Notes: generated from the sequence alone by a model not told the origin. 64,000 bases of DNA from an uncultured virus (IMG/VR IMGVR_UViG_3300033075_001055) (IMGVR_UViG_3300033075_001055); one strand, 5' to 3'. Positions 18,188 to 28,417 are shown, counted from the first letter of the stretch. Program-made: numbers and translations.

Positions 18188-19567
18188 TTACACCTCGCTC
18201 CTGAGCCATGCCGGGATCTTCATTCCGGTCCGTGCTCTGTATTCGTTGACCGTCCGCGCGCTGCCTCGAATCTCGGAGATGACCGCCGCTCGCGTCTCGG
18301 TTGACAGTTCGCGCGCCATCGCTTCCGCATCTGCCTGTTTGCGATCCAGGTTGCGAATGACTGCGCCTTCGGATTCACTGGCGAAGATGTGGACATCGCA
18401 GGGCTTGCGCTGACCGAACCGCCAGATCCTGCGCACACTCTGGTAGTACGACTCCCACGAGTCCGTGACGCCGACAAAGGACATGCGGGAACAGTGCTGC
18501 CAGTTGAGTCCGAACCCGCAGATTGACGGCTTGCTGACTAGCACGCGGATTCGGCCCTCCGCAAAGTCCGTCAGTGCGCGCTCTTTGTCTTCCGCGTCGT
18601 CGCAGCCAGCAATCTCGACGGCATCGTCGATCAGGTTCGTGAGCCGCTTCCCTTCGTCGTTCAGGTCGCACCACACCACCCACGGTTGACGGTCTGCATT
18701 GACGACCGCCGCAGCCTCGTCGCATCGCGCATCCAAGGACGCACGCCGCGCTTGTCTGCGCGCCATGAGGTCAGAGGCTTCATGCACGAACAGATACCCC
18801 GCGGCGTGAGCCTGTTTGTGGTCTACCGCGATAATGTGATGATGCGTCCGCAACTCTGGAAGTTTATATGTTTCTGCGTCGTACCCAAGATCGGACGGGT
18901 CGCGAACCAGCGCGCCCCACGACGCGACCCACTGCCAGAATGCAGCCCGTGCGTGTCCCTTAAGCCGCCAGATTGCCGTGTCCCCGCCGTCGTGGACGAA
19001 GAACTCCGCCAGCATTTCGGCGCGTTTGCATATGCCCAGGAACTCCGCATGCGTAGCCAGCTCCGTGTAGTCGTTCGGACTCGGGGTAGCTGTTGCGGCG
19101 AGGCGGTACGGCGTGCGCGCGAACGCCTCTAGTAGTTGCTGAAGCGTCTTAGCTGCATGGTGTTTGATGATGCTGCTTTCATCCAACACGACGCCATTGA
19201 ATCGCGCCGCGTCGAATCTATGCAGTCTGTCATAGTTCGTGATGTTGACCCCTGGCTTGACGTCGGCTCCATCCCGGCAAAGCGTGACCGTGACGCCGAG
19301 TTCTTGCGCCTCTCGCACGGTCTGTGCCGCCACTGCCAGCGGAGCCAGAATCAGCGTGTCCCCTGGAACATGCCGCGCCCATTCGACTTGCATGCGCGTC
19401 TTACCTAGCCCGGTCGATGCGAAGATAGCAGCTCGTCCGCGACGTAGCGCCCAGCGCACCAAGTCCGCTTGAAACGGAAACAGTGAATCGCTAAGCGGTC
19501 CGGGTTCAAACCCGCACGACGGTGCATGGCTCAGTTTCCGCGCGATGAAGTCTTCATAATTGCTCAC
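18188..19567 (-). CDS. SNF2-like superfamily 2 helicase/ATPase
   Basis: TGLGKT, LDESS, TATPSPN, FGLNWQ and RRIWRFGQ motifs. Confidence 0.9.
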   Translation of the reverse strand: MSNYEDFIARKLSHAPSCGFEPGPLSDSLFPFQADLVRWALRRGRAAIFASTGLGKTRMQVEWARHVPGDTLILAPLAVAAQTVREAQELGVTVTLCRDGADVKPGVNITNYDRLHRFDAARFNGVVLDESSIIKHHAAKTLQQLLEAFARTPYRLAATATPSPNDYTELATHAEFLGICKRAEMLAEFFVHDGGDTAIWRLKGHARAAFWQWVASWGALVRDPSDLGYDAETYKLPELRTHHHIIAVDHKQAHAAGYLFVHEASDLMARRQARRASLDARCDEAAAVVNADRQPWVVWCDLNDEGKRLTNLIDDAVEIAGCDDAEDKERALTDFAEGRIRVLVSKPSICGFGLNWQHCSRMSFVGVTDSWESYYQSVRRIWRFGQRKPCDVHIFASESEGAVIRNLDRKQADAEAMARELSTETRAAVISEIRGSARTVNEYRARTGMKIPAWLRSEV

Positions 19568-20659
19568 TTGACATGCCTCCCTCTTCCTTGCCCGTCCGTC
19601 GTCCACTTCCGTTTTCTGTTCTTGGCCATCTTCGCATGTGGGCGAAATTCTGCCCAGAAGAAGGCTCAGCCGTCACGCTTGACCCTCACGGACTTTGCGA
19701 TGCGTACAGTGCCGAGATCTTGGTGAATACGGTCCTGAAGGGCATCAATTAGTTTTTCAGGAGGTGGCGGAGTTCGGTCCACAATCACTTGCCGACTTGC
19801 CTTGCCGAACGTGTTCACCGCCCATGCCGATATCGTCCGCTGCGTCTCTACTGTCATCTCTCATCCCTCGCCAACGCCCGGTCAAGCGCGCGTTGTGGCT
19901 CTGCAAATGTCCCGATGTACCATGCTCGTTCCACCATCAGGAGTTCCGCAATCTGCGCCATCTGCCTGTCAAGCCTCTTCGCACGGACAACACACGCCGC
20001 ACACTTCTGACCACGCACCGGCACAAAGCACATGCACGAGCGGACGGCGCAGGGGGGCCAGAGGGGGAGGATCATGGTGCATCCATGTTGAACTTAGTAT
20101 CCAGCACACGCTTAGACTTCTCGTCGAGTTCGCCATTGACAAGACGCAGGGTACATTGTGAGACGCGCACTCGGCATACCATCCGCCAGCACTTGCGCAC
20201 GAACGGCAACCACTCTGCTGCACTCTCCCGCGTTTTGTACGTGCTCCCGACGCGCATCCACCCCTTAACCGGATGCTGGACCATAGTGAAGTACACGGCG
20301 CGCTTTTCAATTGATGCGTTCACAGTCTCACTCCCCCGCCGCAGACCGCAGACGCGATCTCCTCGGCGGTCAGGTCGGGATACTTAGCGACCATGGAAAC
20401 CCAATTGGCATCGAACAGTTTATCCGCCATCCGCCATTCACGGGAGTCCTTCAATTCCTCATACAGACTCCACAACTCTTCCCATTTGTCGGTCGAGATT
20501 TGTCCCGTCACGTTCCCTCTCCTTTTTCTCATCCCGTTCCCGCTCCAACTCCCACCACAGCCCCACCCAATACGCCCGCAGCGCGTCCGATTGCGCAGTC
20601 GAGTAGTTCGGGCGCTTCGGGCGGCGGAACAGGCGTAGGAGGAGGGGCGGGAGCATGGG

Positions 20660-21127
20660 CTAGACCTGTGCCGTCTGCGCCACGATTCGACGACGCGCGC
20701 CGACTTGGTTGATGCCTGCAAGTCTTTTACTGACCGGGCGCAGTTTCAGAATCGCCGCCGCGGTGTCGCGCACGTCCTTGGTAAGCATCGCACGCCGAAT
20801 GTAGTCTGCTGAATCCATCGGCATCGCAAAGCCCAGGCCCTTGATCGATTCCATGAACGAGATCAGCGCCCACTTATCGACATCGTATTCAATGCCGAGC
20901 GCTTTGCAGACCAGCGCCTCCACTGCCCGTGCTTGAATCTCGGACGCGAGCCAGAACGAGCGTGTGCGCCGCTTTAGCCGGTTGTGAATGTCTTCGCGCC
21001 CCCACGCGACCGCCTCCACCTGTAGCGCGTGCGATGCTTCGTGGGCTGCGTCCCGTGCGTCGTCCGCGTCATTGCCGCGACTCTGGACGGCCGCGATAAG
21101 CCGCTGCGCTCGTGATTGTCGTCCCAT
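20660..21127 (-). CDS. putative HExxH zinc metallopeptidase-like protein
   Basis: AAHEASH followed by E in SEIQARAVE; GGGAG RBS. Confidence 0.55.
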   Translation of the reverse strand: MGRQSRAQRLIAAVQSRGNDADDARDAAHEASHALQVEAVAWGREDIHNRLKRRTRSFWLASEIQARAVEALVCKALGIEYDVDKWALISFMESIKGLGFAMPMDSADYIRRAMLTKDVRDTAAAILKLRPVSKRLAGINQVGARRRIVAQTAQV

Positions 21128-21136
21128 GTTCTCCCT

Positions 21137-21322
21137 CTATTTCTTCGCCGCGTTTCGTGGCGCGTCAGGATTCTTCCACTCCATCAACCGCCCGCCGCAT
21201 TCGTTCCCGTCGTCGCACTCGACATCGCACCGCGCCCTGCCCAGCCTGTCGGGGTTGATCCAGTACTCGGTGCCGCAGTCGATGCAGTTCACTTGGATGC
21301 GCGGGGGTACATTCTCGAACAT
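21137..21322 (-). CDS. small Zn-ribbon protein
   Basis: CIDC...C...ECGGRL. Confidence 0.55.
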   Translation of the reverse strand: MFENVPPRIQVNCIDCGTEYWINPDRLGRARCDVECDDGNECGGRLMEWKNPDAPRNAAKK

Positions 21323-21553
21323 GGCTCTCCCTCTGTTTCTCCGACGGGTGGGGCTACTTGCCTGCGCGCCACTCGGAAATCATTCGCTGAAGGCGCACGT
21401 CTAGATCATCTCGCAGCGTCGGTATTGCGTGGTTATCGCCAAAGTCGCGACACTCTCCACCGACTTGTTTCCCGCCGTGGAACACATCCATCTGATAGCC
21501 GTGCTCGACCAAGTAGACATGCACGGCGAAGTCTGGCTGGCGCGTCCTGCTCA

Positions 21554-21754
21554 TCACGCCCCCGCCTTATATTCGCCGACTTTGCGCACCACGGTTAGGC
21601 TAGACCGATAGAACCAGTGCGTAACCAATTGGCCATCCTGCATCGCCCGGCCCCAATGTCGAACCTGAACTCGGTCTTTACCTGCGCGGGTCACATGGCC
21701 CGTAATGTCGCCGTCAGTCACTCGGTCGCCGATTTCGATGCGGTTCGCGTTCAT
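21554..21754 (-). CDS. small SH3/KOW-like hypothetical protein (leaderless)
   Basis: IGDRV...GHVT...VQVRHW pattern; ATG 7 nt after TAGAGT. Confidence 0.55.
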   Translation of the reverse strand: MNANRIEIGDRVTDGDITGHVTRAGKDRVQVRHWGRAMQDGQLVTHWFYRSSLTVVRKVGEYKAGA

Positions 21755-21761
21755 GCCCAGA

Positions 21762-21790
21762 ACTCTACGCGCCCCATTTCCCCGCGTCAA
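21762..21790 (-). promoter_or_regulatory. sigma70-type promoter for a leaderless transcript
   Basis: TTGACG-N17-TAGAGT-TCTGGGC-ATG with A/T tracts upstream. Confidence 0.75.
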
Positions 21791-22862
21791 CAAAAAAGAA
21801 CCGGCCGGTGATTTATTTTCGGACACGGGCGGGGAGGGTGCCGGAGCCGTTGCAGTCATCCGCAAGTGTCGCTTGCCATTTTCGCATCGCCTTAACGGCT
21901 CGTCTGCTTTTGCCAACAATTCGCGGCCCCGTGCATTCGCTCACATCGCCATAAGCGTGAGTCATCTGCGCACCCCAGCATGCACAGCACCCAGGACACG
22001 GGCGCAGGCGCTGGCCGATGTGGTACTTGTGCTCGTCAAGTATCAACCAGTCGATCCAGTGCACATGGACAGCCGGATTTAGAAGGCATCCATGCGTCGC
22101 CGCGAACTCCGCATGCGCCAACTTCCTGCGATGCCGCTGCGTCATCCCCACCAGCGACCGGGGCGTGAATGAGCACGCCGACATTTCTGGCAAGCATTCT
22201 AGATCCGTGTGCCTTCGCCAGAAGTTACCCCTTTCACTTGTCCCATCCCAACGCCTGAACTGGCGCGCAATACCGCGCCATCGTCTCCGCCCGTTCGCCT
22301 TCATGTCTTGCCTCCTCCCTCAATCACGTTCACCGTCACAGCCCGGTCCGCGTTCTTCGGCGCGCAGATGTTGATCAGCGCATTCCCGACCGTCAGCGAA
22401 TACACATGCACGCCGCCCTCGCTGGTCATGTGTTCGAGATAGAACCAGCCGCCGATCGATATCTCGTCTACCGTGCCGTTCGCGTCGCAGGTTGCACGGG
22501 TTAGGTGGGCGGGGAGCTGGGTCATGGCCGTTCCCCTTCGCATGCGCCAGCCGTCAGCCCGATCTGGTATGTGCCAAGTCCATAGGCTGCCCGCTCAATG
22601 AAGGCATAGCCAGCGCTATTTGGCGTCCCATCTCGGTTCTTGTAGGCGCCCTCCGCGACATATTCCAGGCCGGAAATATTCACGGGAAATCGCGTTCCAT
22701 TCACCCATGCCGCGCAGTGTTCCGCGTGCAACCGGCGCTCCTCTTCTGTCGAGCTTTCCGGGTCGGGCGTAAAGTCTCGCGGGTCGCCGCCGGGAAACGA
22801 GCCGTAGCCGTACAGTGTTTCGTCGCAGCGATAGCAGCCGGGGCAATCGATTCTCTTGTCGC

Positions 22863-23363
22863 TCACAGCATCTCCCCTTGCCCGTTCGTGGGCCACTTGA
22901 CCTTGTTTCCGTTCGCGTCGCAGGGCCAGAAACGCCATCCTTCGCAATCGCACTGCCAGTAGTCGCCAAAATCGTCTGACGCCATCACCGGATCATCCTC
23001 AGTGTGATCTGCGGAAAATGTCATCACTCGCAGCCCGCCGCCGTTCGGTTTCTTGCACAGCCACTGACCGCCCTCCGACTCGTGCTCCTTGACCGCTTCC
23101 TCGGTTGGCCATGGACGCATCCGCGGATTCACCTCCGCCGCGATTTCCTGAACGTGGCGCTGTTCCATGCGCGCAAGCGATTCCACGGTCTTGCGCGGGC
23201 TCTTGTCATGCAGCCAGCACATGCCCTTGGTTCCGTTCGCAAGGTGCCAGCACTCACCGGACTTGCTCAGGTCACCGGCTTCGTTTCGCGTCCACCCCTT
23301 GCCCCGCAGATAGTCGCGGACCATGTCGGGGGTTGCGCCCTGCATTTCAAGTAGTTCGCTCAT
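22863..23363 (-). CDS. hypothetical Trp-rich protein
   Basis: 166-aa ORF in the coupled chain. Confidence 0.55.
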   Translation of the reverse strand: MSELLEMQGATPDMVRDYLRGKGWTRNEAGDLSKSGECWHLANGTKGMCWLHDKSPRKTVESLARMEQRHVQEIAAEVNPRMRPWPTEEAVKEHESEGGQWLCKKPNGGGLRVMTFSADHTEDDPVMASDDFGDYWQCDCEGWRFWPCDANGNKVKWPTNGQGEML

Positions 23364-23366
23364 ATC

Positions 23367-23789
23367 TCAACCCACTCCCTTGTCACACAACCGATTCAGC
23401 CACTCCCCCGCCGACAGAACAGCCGCGCGTAGGTCTCGCAGCCGATCCGTCGCCACGCCCCCGGCATTGTCCGGCCAAATGGTTGCTGTCACGCTATCGC
23501 CGTTGTCCTCGATTCGCAGGTATCCACGTTCGTAGGGCAACTCGATTTGCGTGACGCTGACGGGGTTCGCGAATGGGTCGGCGGGAGGGTCATATTTCCG
23601 CCACAGCGCGCCCTGAAAGTAATCGTCTAACACACGCGCCACCCCATCGCCCGAGTACACCAACCAGTGCGTTCCATCCCATCCCAAATTCACGCGCCGC
23701 ACCGGGAGTGACCCTGAGCCCCGCTTGGTTGGCAAGATGCTCAGTTCGTAATCTCCCGGCTTCGTTGGCTTGGTTGTGGTCCATGTCAT
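23367..23789 (-). CDS. hypothetical protein
   Basis: WTTTKPTKPGDY N-terminus typical of small phage proteins. Confidence 0.6.
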   Translation of the reverse strand: MTWTTTKPTKPGDYELSILPTKRGSGSLPVRRVNLGWDGTHWLVYSGDGVARVLDDYFQGALWRKYDPPADPFANPVSVTQIELPYERGYLRIEDNGDSVTATIWPDNAGGVATDRLRDLRAAVLSAGEWLNRLCDKGVG

Positions 23790-24245
23790 GGTCCTATTCT
23801 CCCGATGTCAGCGCCAAAATCTCGGCGCGGTCGCGTATCTTTCCGTCGATACGTGTCTTGTTGCATAGGCACATCGCGCGGCAATGTGTCGGGCATAACT
23901 CGCACATGCACATCGCGTCCACACGCGCGCGAATGCAAAATGGACCTTCTGAGCAGTGGTCTACTGCACACCTCTTCGGCGGCAATCTCCCGAATATGAG
24001 CCCATACCAAAGCACGCTGATAATCCGAAGCATCGTCTACCGCTCCCTTTCCTTCGTCTGTCGCATGGCTTCCTTGCATCGCTCCAAGTCCAGCAACTGC
24101 GCATACCTCCAAGCGCGTTCTAACTGCGCCCGGTCGGTTTTGTGCCGGCAATAGTCGGCGGGCGATTCCTCCTGCCCGTCCCACCCTGCGCGCGGTTCTC
24201 TGCCTGTTGCGGAGAGTGCCATATCAAATATCTGCGCGGGGTGAA

Positions 24246-24704
24246 TCACGGTCGCTCCCTTTCCTTCGTCGCATCCAGCGCCTGTCTTGCCTGAATCACA
24301 GCCCAGTGAGCAGCGCAGAAATGGGTATCTTCCAGCAACTCTTTCTTCGTCCGCCGTCGAAGATGTTCCGCTGGCAGACGCTTGGCCGTGATCTCGTCCA
24401 ATGGATGCACCGCGTCTGCCATCCTGAACGCATGGTCTTTGCACAAAAGCGCGTCGCAGGTTTTACCGCGCGCCACAACGAAGTCGCACTCGTACTCCGC
24501 CAACATCGCGCACTTCTCACAGCATTTCAGATCCTCGCCGCACATGTGATAGGCCGCAGGCGCGAAGATGACAGACTCACGACAGATACACCGGCCCGCT
24601 TTTTTGCACGCTTGCTTAGTCGGCTTGCACTGCCAGTGCGGGTCATATCCAGCCGTCACCATCGCCTCTTGCTGCGTCATCCGTTCGGTCTTCACAATCG
24701 GCAT
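24246..24704 (-). CDS. Cys/His-rich Zn-binding protein
   Basis: CEKC..ECD...TCDALLCKDH...HFCAAH. Confidence 0.65.
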   Translation of the reverse strand: MPIVKTERMTQQEAMVTAGYDPHWQCKPTKQACKKAGRCICRESVIFAPAAYHMCGEDLKCCEKCAMLAEYECDFVVARGKTCDALLCKDHAFRMADAVHPLDEITAKRLPAEHLRRRTKKELLEDTHFCAAHWAVIQARQALDATKERERP

Positions 24705-24734
24705 GGGCTCACCCTCCTTGACAGCATCCAGCGC

Positions 24735-24962
24735 CTAAAACGGAATCCCGTCATCCGGTTGAATGCTCACCACTACGACGCCGTCCAGCGGACGCACAGC
24801 ACACGCGACCGTCGACAACACGTAAAACTCTGCGCCCTTGTGCAGATTCGCAAGCCGGTACGCTTCGGTTTCCGCTTCGCGTTGCGTCTTGTGCCGGTAA
24901 GTCGGTGGGACGCTTCCATGTGGACTCCACACGATCCAGAATTGTTGAGCGCTCAGGTGCAT
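24735..24962 (-). CDS. small protein with an SSB-like acidic tail
   Basis: FWIVWSP...PT.RH...AE.EA.RLA; ends DDGIPF. Confidence 0.65.
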   Translation of the reverse strand: MHLSAQQFWIVWSPHGSVPPTYRHKTQREAETEAYRLANLHKGAEFYVLSTVACAVRPLDGVVVVSIQPDDGIPF

Positions 24963-25159
24963 CTGTTTTCACCTTTCCTTGACGGCATCCAGCGCCTGTT
25001 GCACATACCAGGCGCGGGGTACCTCGTACTTGATCGGCTTCGGTTGCACGACCGGGGGCGCGAATAGGTCGCAGGGGGTGCGGTCGGCGCTGTCGTACTT
25101 GCGCGACGATTCCACCCTGACGCAGCCACCTTGCGCGAACCCTGTGCAATCCTCGCAGG

Positions 25160-26074
25160 TCATAGTTCTAGTTCCGTGCTCACCGGCTGGGCCTTGCGTT
25201 GGTCTGTGCCCGCCAGCGTGATCAAGACCGCTGCTTTGCCGTGTCGAGCCGCGCGCATGCGACTCACCGCGCGCTTGCCGATGTCGTCGTGATTTTCCAG
25301 CTCGTCGGGGTTCAGGTTGCTCGATAGGACCAGGCGACCGTTAAACCGTTCCAGCAGCGCCGCGATCGTCTCTGCGAACTCTTTGCGGGTCGAGCGCGTA
25401 TCCCCGACATCGGACCAGAACAGAATGTCTCTGCTGACCAGCCTCTCTAATGCCCGGTCCGCTTCATCGACCGTCGGCGTGTACCGGCTGTTTAGGTTGT
25501 TCACCAGCGCCCGCAGCTCGATTGAATCCAGGAACGCGCACGACTGCCCCGCTTCAACCGCGGCAAGGTACAGGATCGCCTGCATGGTCGTCTTGCCGGT
25601 GCCGCAGGGTCCTATCAGCATCAGGTGCGGTGCATCCTTGCTCGGCTGCCGACAACCCCGCTCGACCATGTCCAGCAAGTCGCCAAGCTGCCGCTTTCGC
25701 TTCCCGTCCGCACACCACGACACCGCGCGCTCTCGGTCCACCGCCGCCAGAAACTGCGACCAAAGCGGGCGCTCCATTGTCCACTTCACGCCGTACCGCT
25801 CTGCAATCTTGTACACCAGCGGGCATCCAGACAGCACTTCACGACGCCGCTTGACCGCATCGGCGGCGACCTTGATGGGGCAATCGACCGTCTCTGTCAC
25901 CTGCAAAAACTGGCCCTCGCCCATGTCTTTTGCGATGCCGTGTTTTCCGCCAGAACAGTAGTTCTCCGGCGACACCAGCGCCTGACATTGCCCGCGGTCG
26001 CCCGCCAGGAATTGCGCCCGCATCGTGTTCGCGATCGATGTCCACACTTCGCCGATATGCTCTGGTTCGCTCAT
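25160..26074 (-). CDS. DnaC/IstB-like AAA+ ATPase (helicase loader)
   Basis: Walker A GPCGTGKT; SSNL and AVSRM motifs; coupled downstream of the initiator. Confidence 0.82.
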   Translation of the reverse strand: MSEPEHIGEVWTSIANTMRAQFLAGDRGQCQALVSPENYCSGGKHGIAKDMGEGQFLQVTETVDCPIKVAADAVKRRREVLSGCPLVYKIAERYGVKWTMERPLWSQFLAAVDRERAVSWCADGKRKRQLGDLLDMVERGCRQPSKDAPHLMLIGPCGTGKTTMQAILYLAAVEAGQSCAFLDSIELRALVNNLNSRYTPTVDEADRALERLVSRDILFWSDVGDTRSTRKEFAETIAALLERFNGRLVLSSNLNPDELENHDDIGKRAVSRMRAARHGKAAVLITLAGTDQRKAQPVSTELEL

Positions 26075-27081
26075 CCGTTCCACCTCTTGAAATCATCCTC
26101 TGACGGCAACCCGCGATCCGTGCCAATGGTCGGATCGGCTTTCCAGGATGGCTTAGGACCGTCGCGCTTCCCGTTTGGCGCACTCACACCGTCCCACGCC
26201 TGCGACCGCGAAAACCAGTCGGTCATGCGCCCAACGTCGCCCAGCTGCGCAAACCAGGCCTTTCGTGTTTCCGATGCCCCGCCAGCCTTCCACCAGCGGC
26301 CAAACTTGCGCATGTCGTCAGCCGTGGGCGGGGTCGCGACCTTGGCCAAGTGGTCGCGCCAGACGCCGAACCAGCCGCTTTCGACGTTCGCGGGCAGGCC
26401 TGTCGTGGTCAGAGACCGAGAGCGGCATTGCAGGGCAGACCAAGCATTAGCCCAGCCGTCCTGTTCTGGGTCCTGCGCCGGGTCGATGCCTTGAACCAAA
26501 GCCGCAAGGGCTTGCAAGGGTTTTAGTGGCTCGGTGATTGGCTTGCTGGGCAAAAAAACGGGCTTCGCGGGAGGATCTTCTTTCCTCCCTGATCCTGATT
26601 CTGTACCTGATCCTGATACTGATCCTAACAGGGACCTATCCGATCCCCTATCCGCTGGGGTATCGGATGACCTATCGGTTATGGTATCCGATAGGGTATT
26701 GAATAGGGTATCCCATACCCTATCGACCAGGGCCGACTTCCGAGGGCAGACCCCTTTGAGGTACTTCTTGATCGCCGGGGCCAGTTTGTTTTTCTCGCCG
26801 GTCACATCCCCCACGCGCGCCGCCATCTCGGGAATCCAGACCAGATTACAGGCCCGGTCGACTTCTACAAAGCCAGCCCCCACAAGCGCATCCAGGGCAT
26901 CGGTCGCGTCTTTCGTGCTCGCCTGGATGTCAACTGCCATGTGTGCGGCGCTGTACGCAAAGAGGCCACACAGGTGGTTTCCTGGGTGCATGTACAGCTT
27001 GAAGTACAGCAACTGGGCCATCGGCGACAGCGCGCAGAAAACAGGGTCCGACGTGATCGAAGTCGAGAAGCCGCGGATCAT
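26071..27081 (-). CDS. phage replication initiator protein
   Basis: N-terminal wHTH-like (LSPMAQLLYFKL...ALDALVGAGFV); GS-rich linker; internal iterons; upstream of the DnaC-like gene. Confidence 0.75.
   Translation of the reverse strand: MIRGFSTSITSDPVFCALSPMAQLLYFKLYMHPGNHLCGLFAYSAAHMAVDIQASTKDATDALDALVGAGFVEVDRACNLVWIPEMAARVGDVTGEKNKLAPAIKKYLKGVCPRKSALVDRVWDTLFNTLSDTITDRSSDTPADRGSDRSLLGSVSGSGTESGSGRKEDPPAKPVFLPSKPITEPLKPLQALAALVQGIDPAQDPEQDGWANAWSALQCRSRSLTTTGLPANVESGWFGVWRDHLAKVATPPTADDMRKFGRWWKAGGASETRKAWFAQLGDVGRMTDWFSRSQAWDGVSAPNGKRDGPKPSWKADPTIGTDRGLPSEDDFKRWNG
26631..26726. repeat. 12-bp-period iteron array, probable replication origin
   Basis: minus strand GATAGGGTAT, GATACCCTAT, AATACCCTAT, GATACCATAA, GATAGGTCAT, GATACCCCAG, GATAGGGGAT, GATAGGTCCC at 12-bp spacing. 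Confidence 0.7.
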
Positions 27082-27085
27082 GTGG

Positions 27086-27688
27086 CTACTCGGCTTTCTT
27101 TGCGCGGGCCTGCGCGCGGTTTTTCGGAGCCCAGTCTGCGCAGAGCACCCTCAACGCCGCCGTCCTGATTCGACCATGGCACGCGCCAGGTTCGCCGTAG
27201 TGGATCAGTTCATGCGCGCCGCTGGAGTGCTCGCAGAACGGTAATTCGCCCTCTGCCTCTGCGTATGGGTCGCCCGCGCTGGGATAGCCCAATCCATCGA
27301 CTTCCCAGATTAGGAAGCGACAAGACAGGCACCCGCGTTGCGCTGGGCTCGCCTCGCACTTCGCCTCATGGGCAGCGATGCCGCTGATACTTGCGAAACT
27401 GCCCCGGCAGTACTTGCAGACGTAGCGCGCTACCAGCACGCGCCGGGGCTTGATTGCGGCTGCCGCTTCGCGTGCGGCGTCCGAGGCATAGAGGACCCCG
27501 GAGTCTGTATCCCTGACAAATGCGACACCCCTAGGCATCCCCTGCGGATTCTTTCCGCAAACGACAGCGTGTAGCGCAGCGCTGTCCCGGTCGCCGTGGT
27601 GCCGCCCGCAGAACGTACAGCGGTAGCGCCACGCCGACGCCAGCGAATAGGGTAGGTTGCGCGTCGTGGTTTCGATTGAGGCGCGCAT
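27086..27688 (-). CDS. tandem C2HC/C2H2-like zinc-finger protein
   Basis: YRCTFCG-x10-HAVVC and YVCKYCR-x10-HEAKC plus further Cys clusters. Confidence 0.7.
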   Translation of the reverse strand: MRASIETTTRNLPYSLASAWRYRCTFCGRHHGDRDSAALHAVVCGKNPQGMPRGVAFVRDTDSGVLYASDAAREAAAAIKPRRVLVARYVCKYCRGSFASISGIAAHEAKCEASPAQRGCLSCRFLIWEVDGLGYPSAGDPYAEAEGELPFCEHSSGAHELIHYGEPGACHGRIRTAALRVLCADWAPKNRAQARAKKAE

Positions 27689-27689
27689 A

Positions 27690-28238
27690 TTACCGCCCAT
27701 CCGTCAGAACATCCGATTCGCCCATGCAGTACGCCCACGTTTTCGGCCCCAAGGTCGATTCCCAATAAATGGCGCGCAGGCGAGTAACGGCGTGCGTTCC
27801 ATTGCAGATGCCCCAAAAATGACGTTCATTTTTAAGACACATCCGATCAAGCCATTCTTTGCATTGACGCTGTTCGCCTGAAAACAACGATTCAAACCGC
27901 TCCCGAAAACACGCCGGCAGAACCCATTTCGGCAAACATAGTTGATGCTTCCGTGGTGCCAACTTGCGCAGGTCGCCATGCTTACGCATGTGAGCAGTGT
28001 TATTAGGCAGAATCTCTAAGTTATCGGGATGGTTGTTTTGCTTATTGCAATCAATGTGATGGACAACTTCTCTCGGCAACAGAGAGCGCCCGAGTTTTTG
28101 CTCAGCCACGAGCCGATGTTCTAGCATGCGACGGTAACTGCCCTGCGTTCCAGTTCGGACCCAACAATATCCCGACGAAAAAACGCCGCGTTCCGGGATG
28201 GTATTGTTGATTTCCCACCGCGTTAGCCGAGCAATCAT
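27690..28238 (-). CDS. HNH endonuclease
   Basis: EHRLVAEQKLGRSL...VHHIDCNKQNNHPDNL...H. Confidence 0.85.
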   Translation of the reverse strand: MIARLTRWEINNTIPERGVFSSGYCWVRTGTQGSYRRMLEHRLVAEQKLGRSLLPREVVHHIDCNKQNNHPDNLEILPNNTAHMRKHGDLRKLAPRKHQLCLPKWVLPACFRERFESLFSGEQRQCKEWLDRMCLKNERHFWGICNGTHAVTRLRAIYWESTLGPKTWAYCMGESDVLTDGR

Positions 28239-28417
28239 GATTGCTGCTCCTTGTCGCCGTTCGCGTACGGTTGCAGCCGACCCGATGTGATAGCCCACTC
28301 GACGACTTCCGCAAGCATAGAAGACCGCGACCTGAATGGACCCGCAGCAGCGTCAAGCGCGTCAATGTGTCGCTGGGGAAGTGCTACCGAACATCCTGTA
28401 ACTGGTTCTTTGGCCAT
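28235..28417 (-). CDS. ribbon-helix-helix (CopG/Arc-like) protein
   Basis: SVALP...LD....SRS pattern; near-identical paralogue at 31169. Confidence 0.7.
   Translation of the reverse strand: MAKEPVTGCSVALPQRHIDALDAAAGPFRSRSSMLAEVVEWAITSGRLQPYANGDKEQQS

Noticed and set aside
17208..18413. 401-aa plus-strand ORF and similar long antisense ORFs (24207, 25625, 29460, 38243, 60841)
   Set aside because: They shadow well-supported minus-strand genes in GC-rich DNA and have no motifs or RBS.
17307..19567. Novel helicase-methyltransferase defence system
   Set aside because: This SNF2-like plus methyltransferase pair is a familiar phage module, and no nuclease or other defence gene is adjacent.
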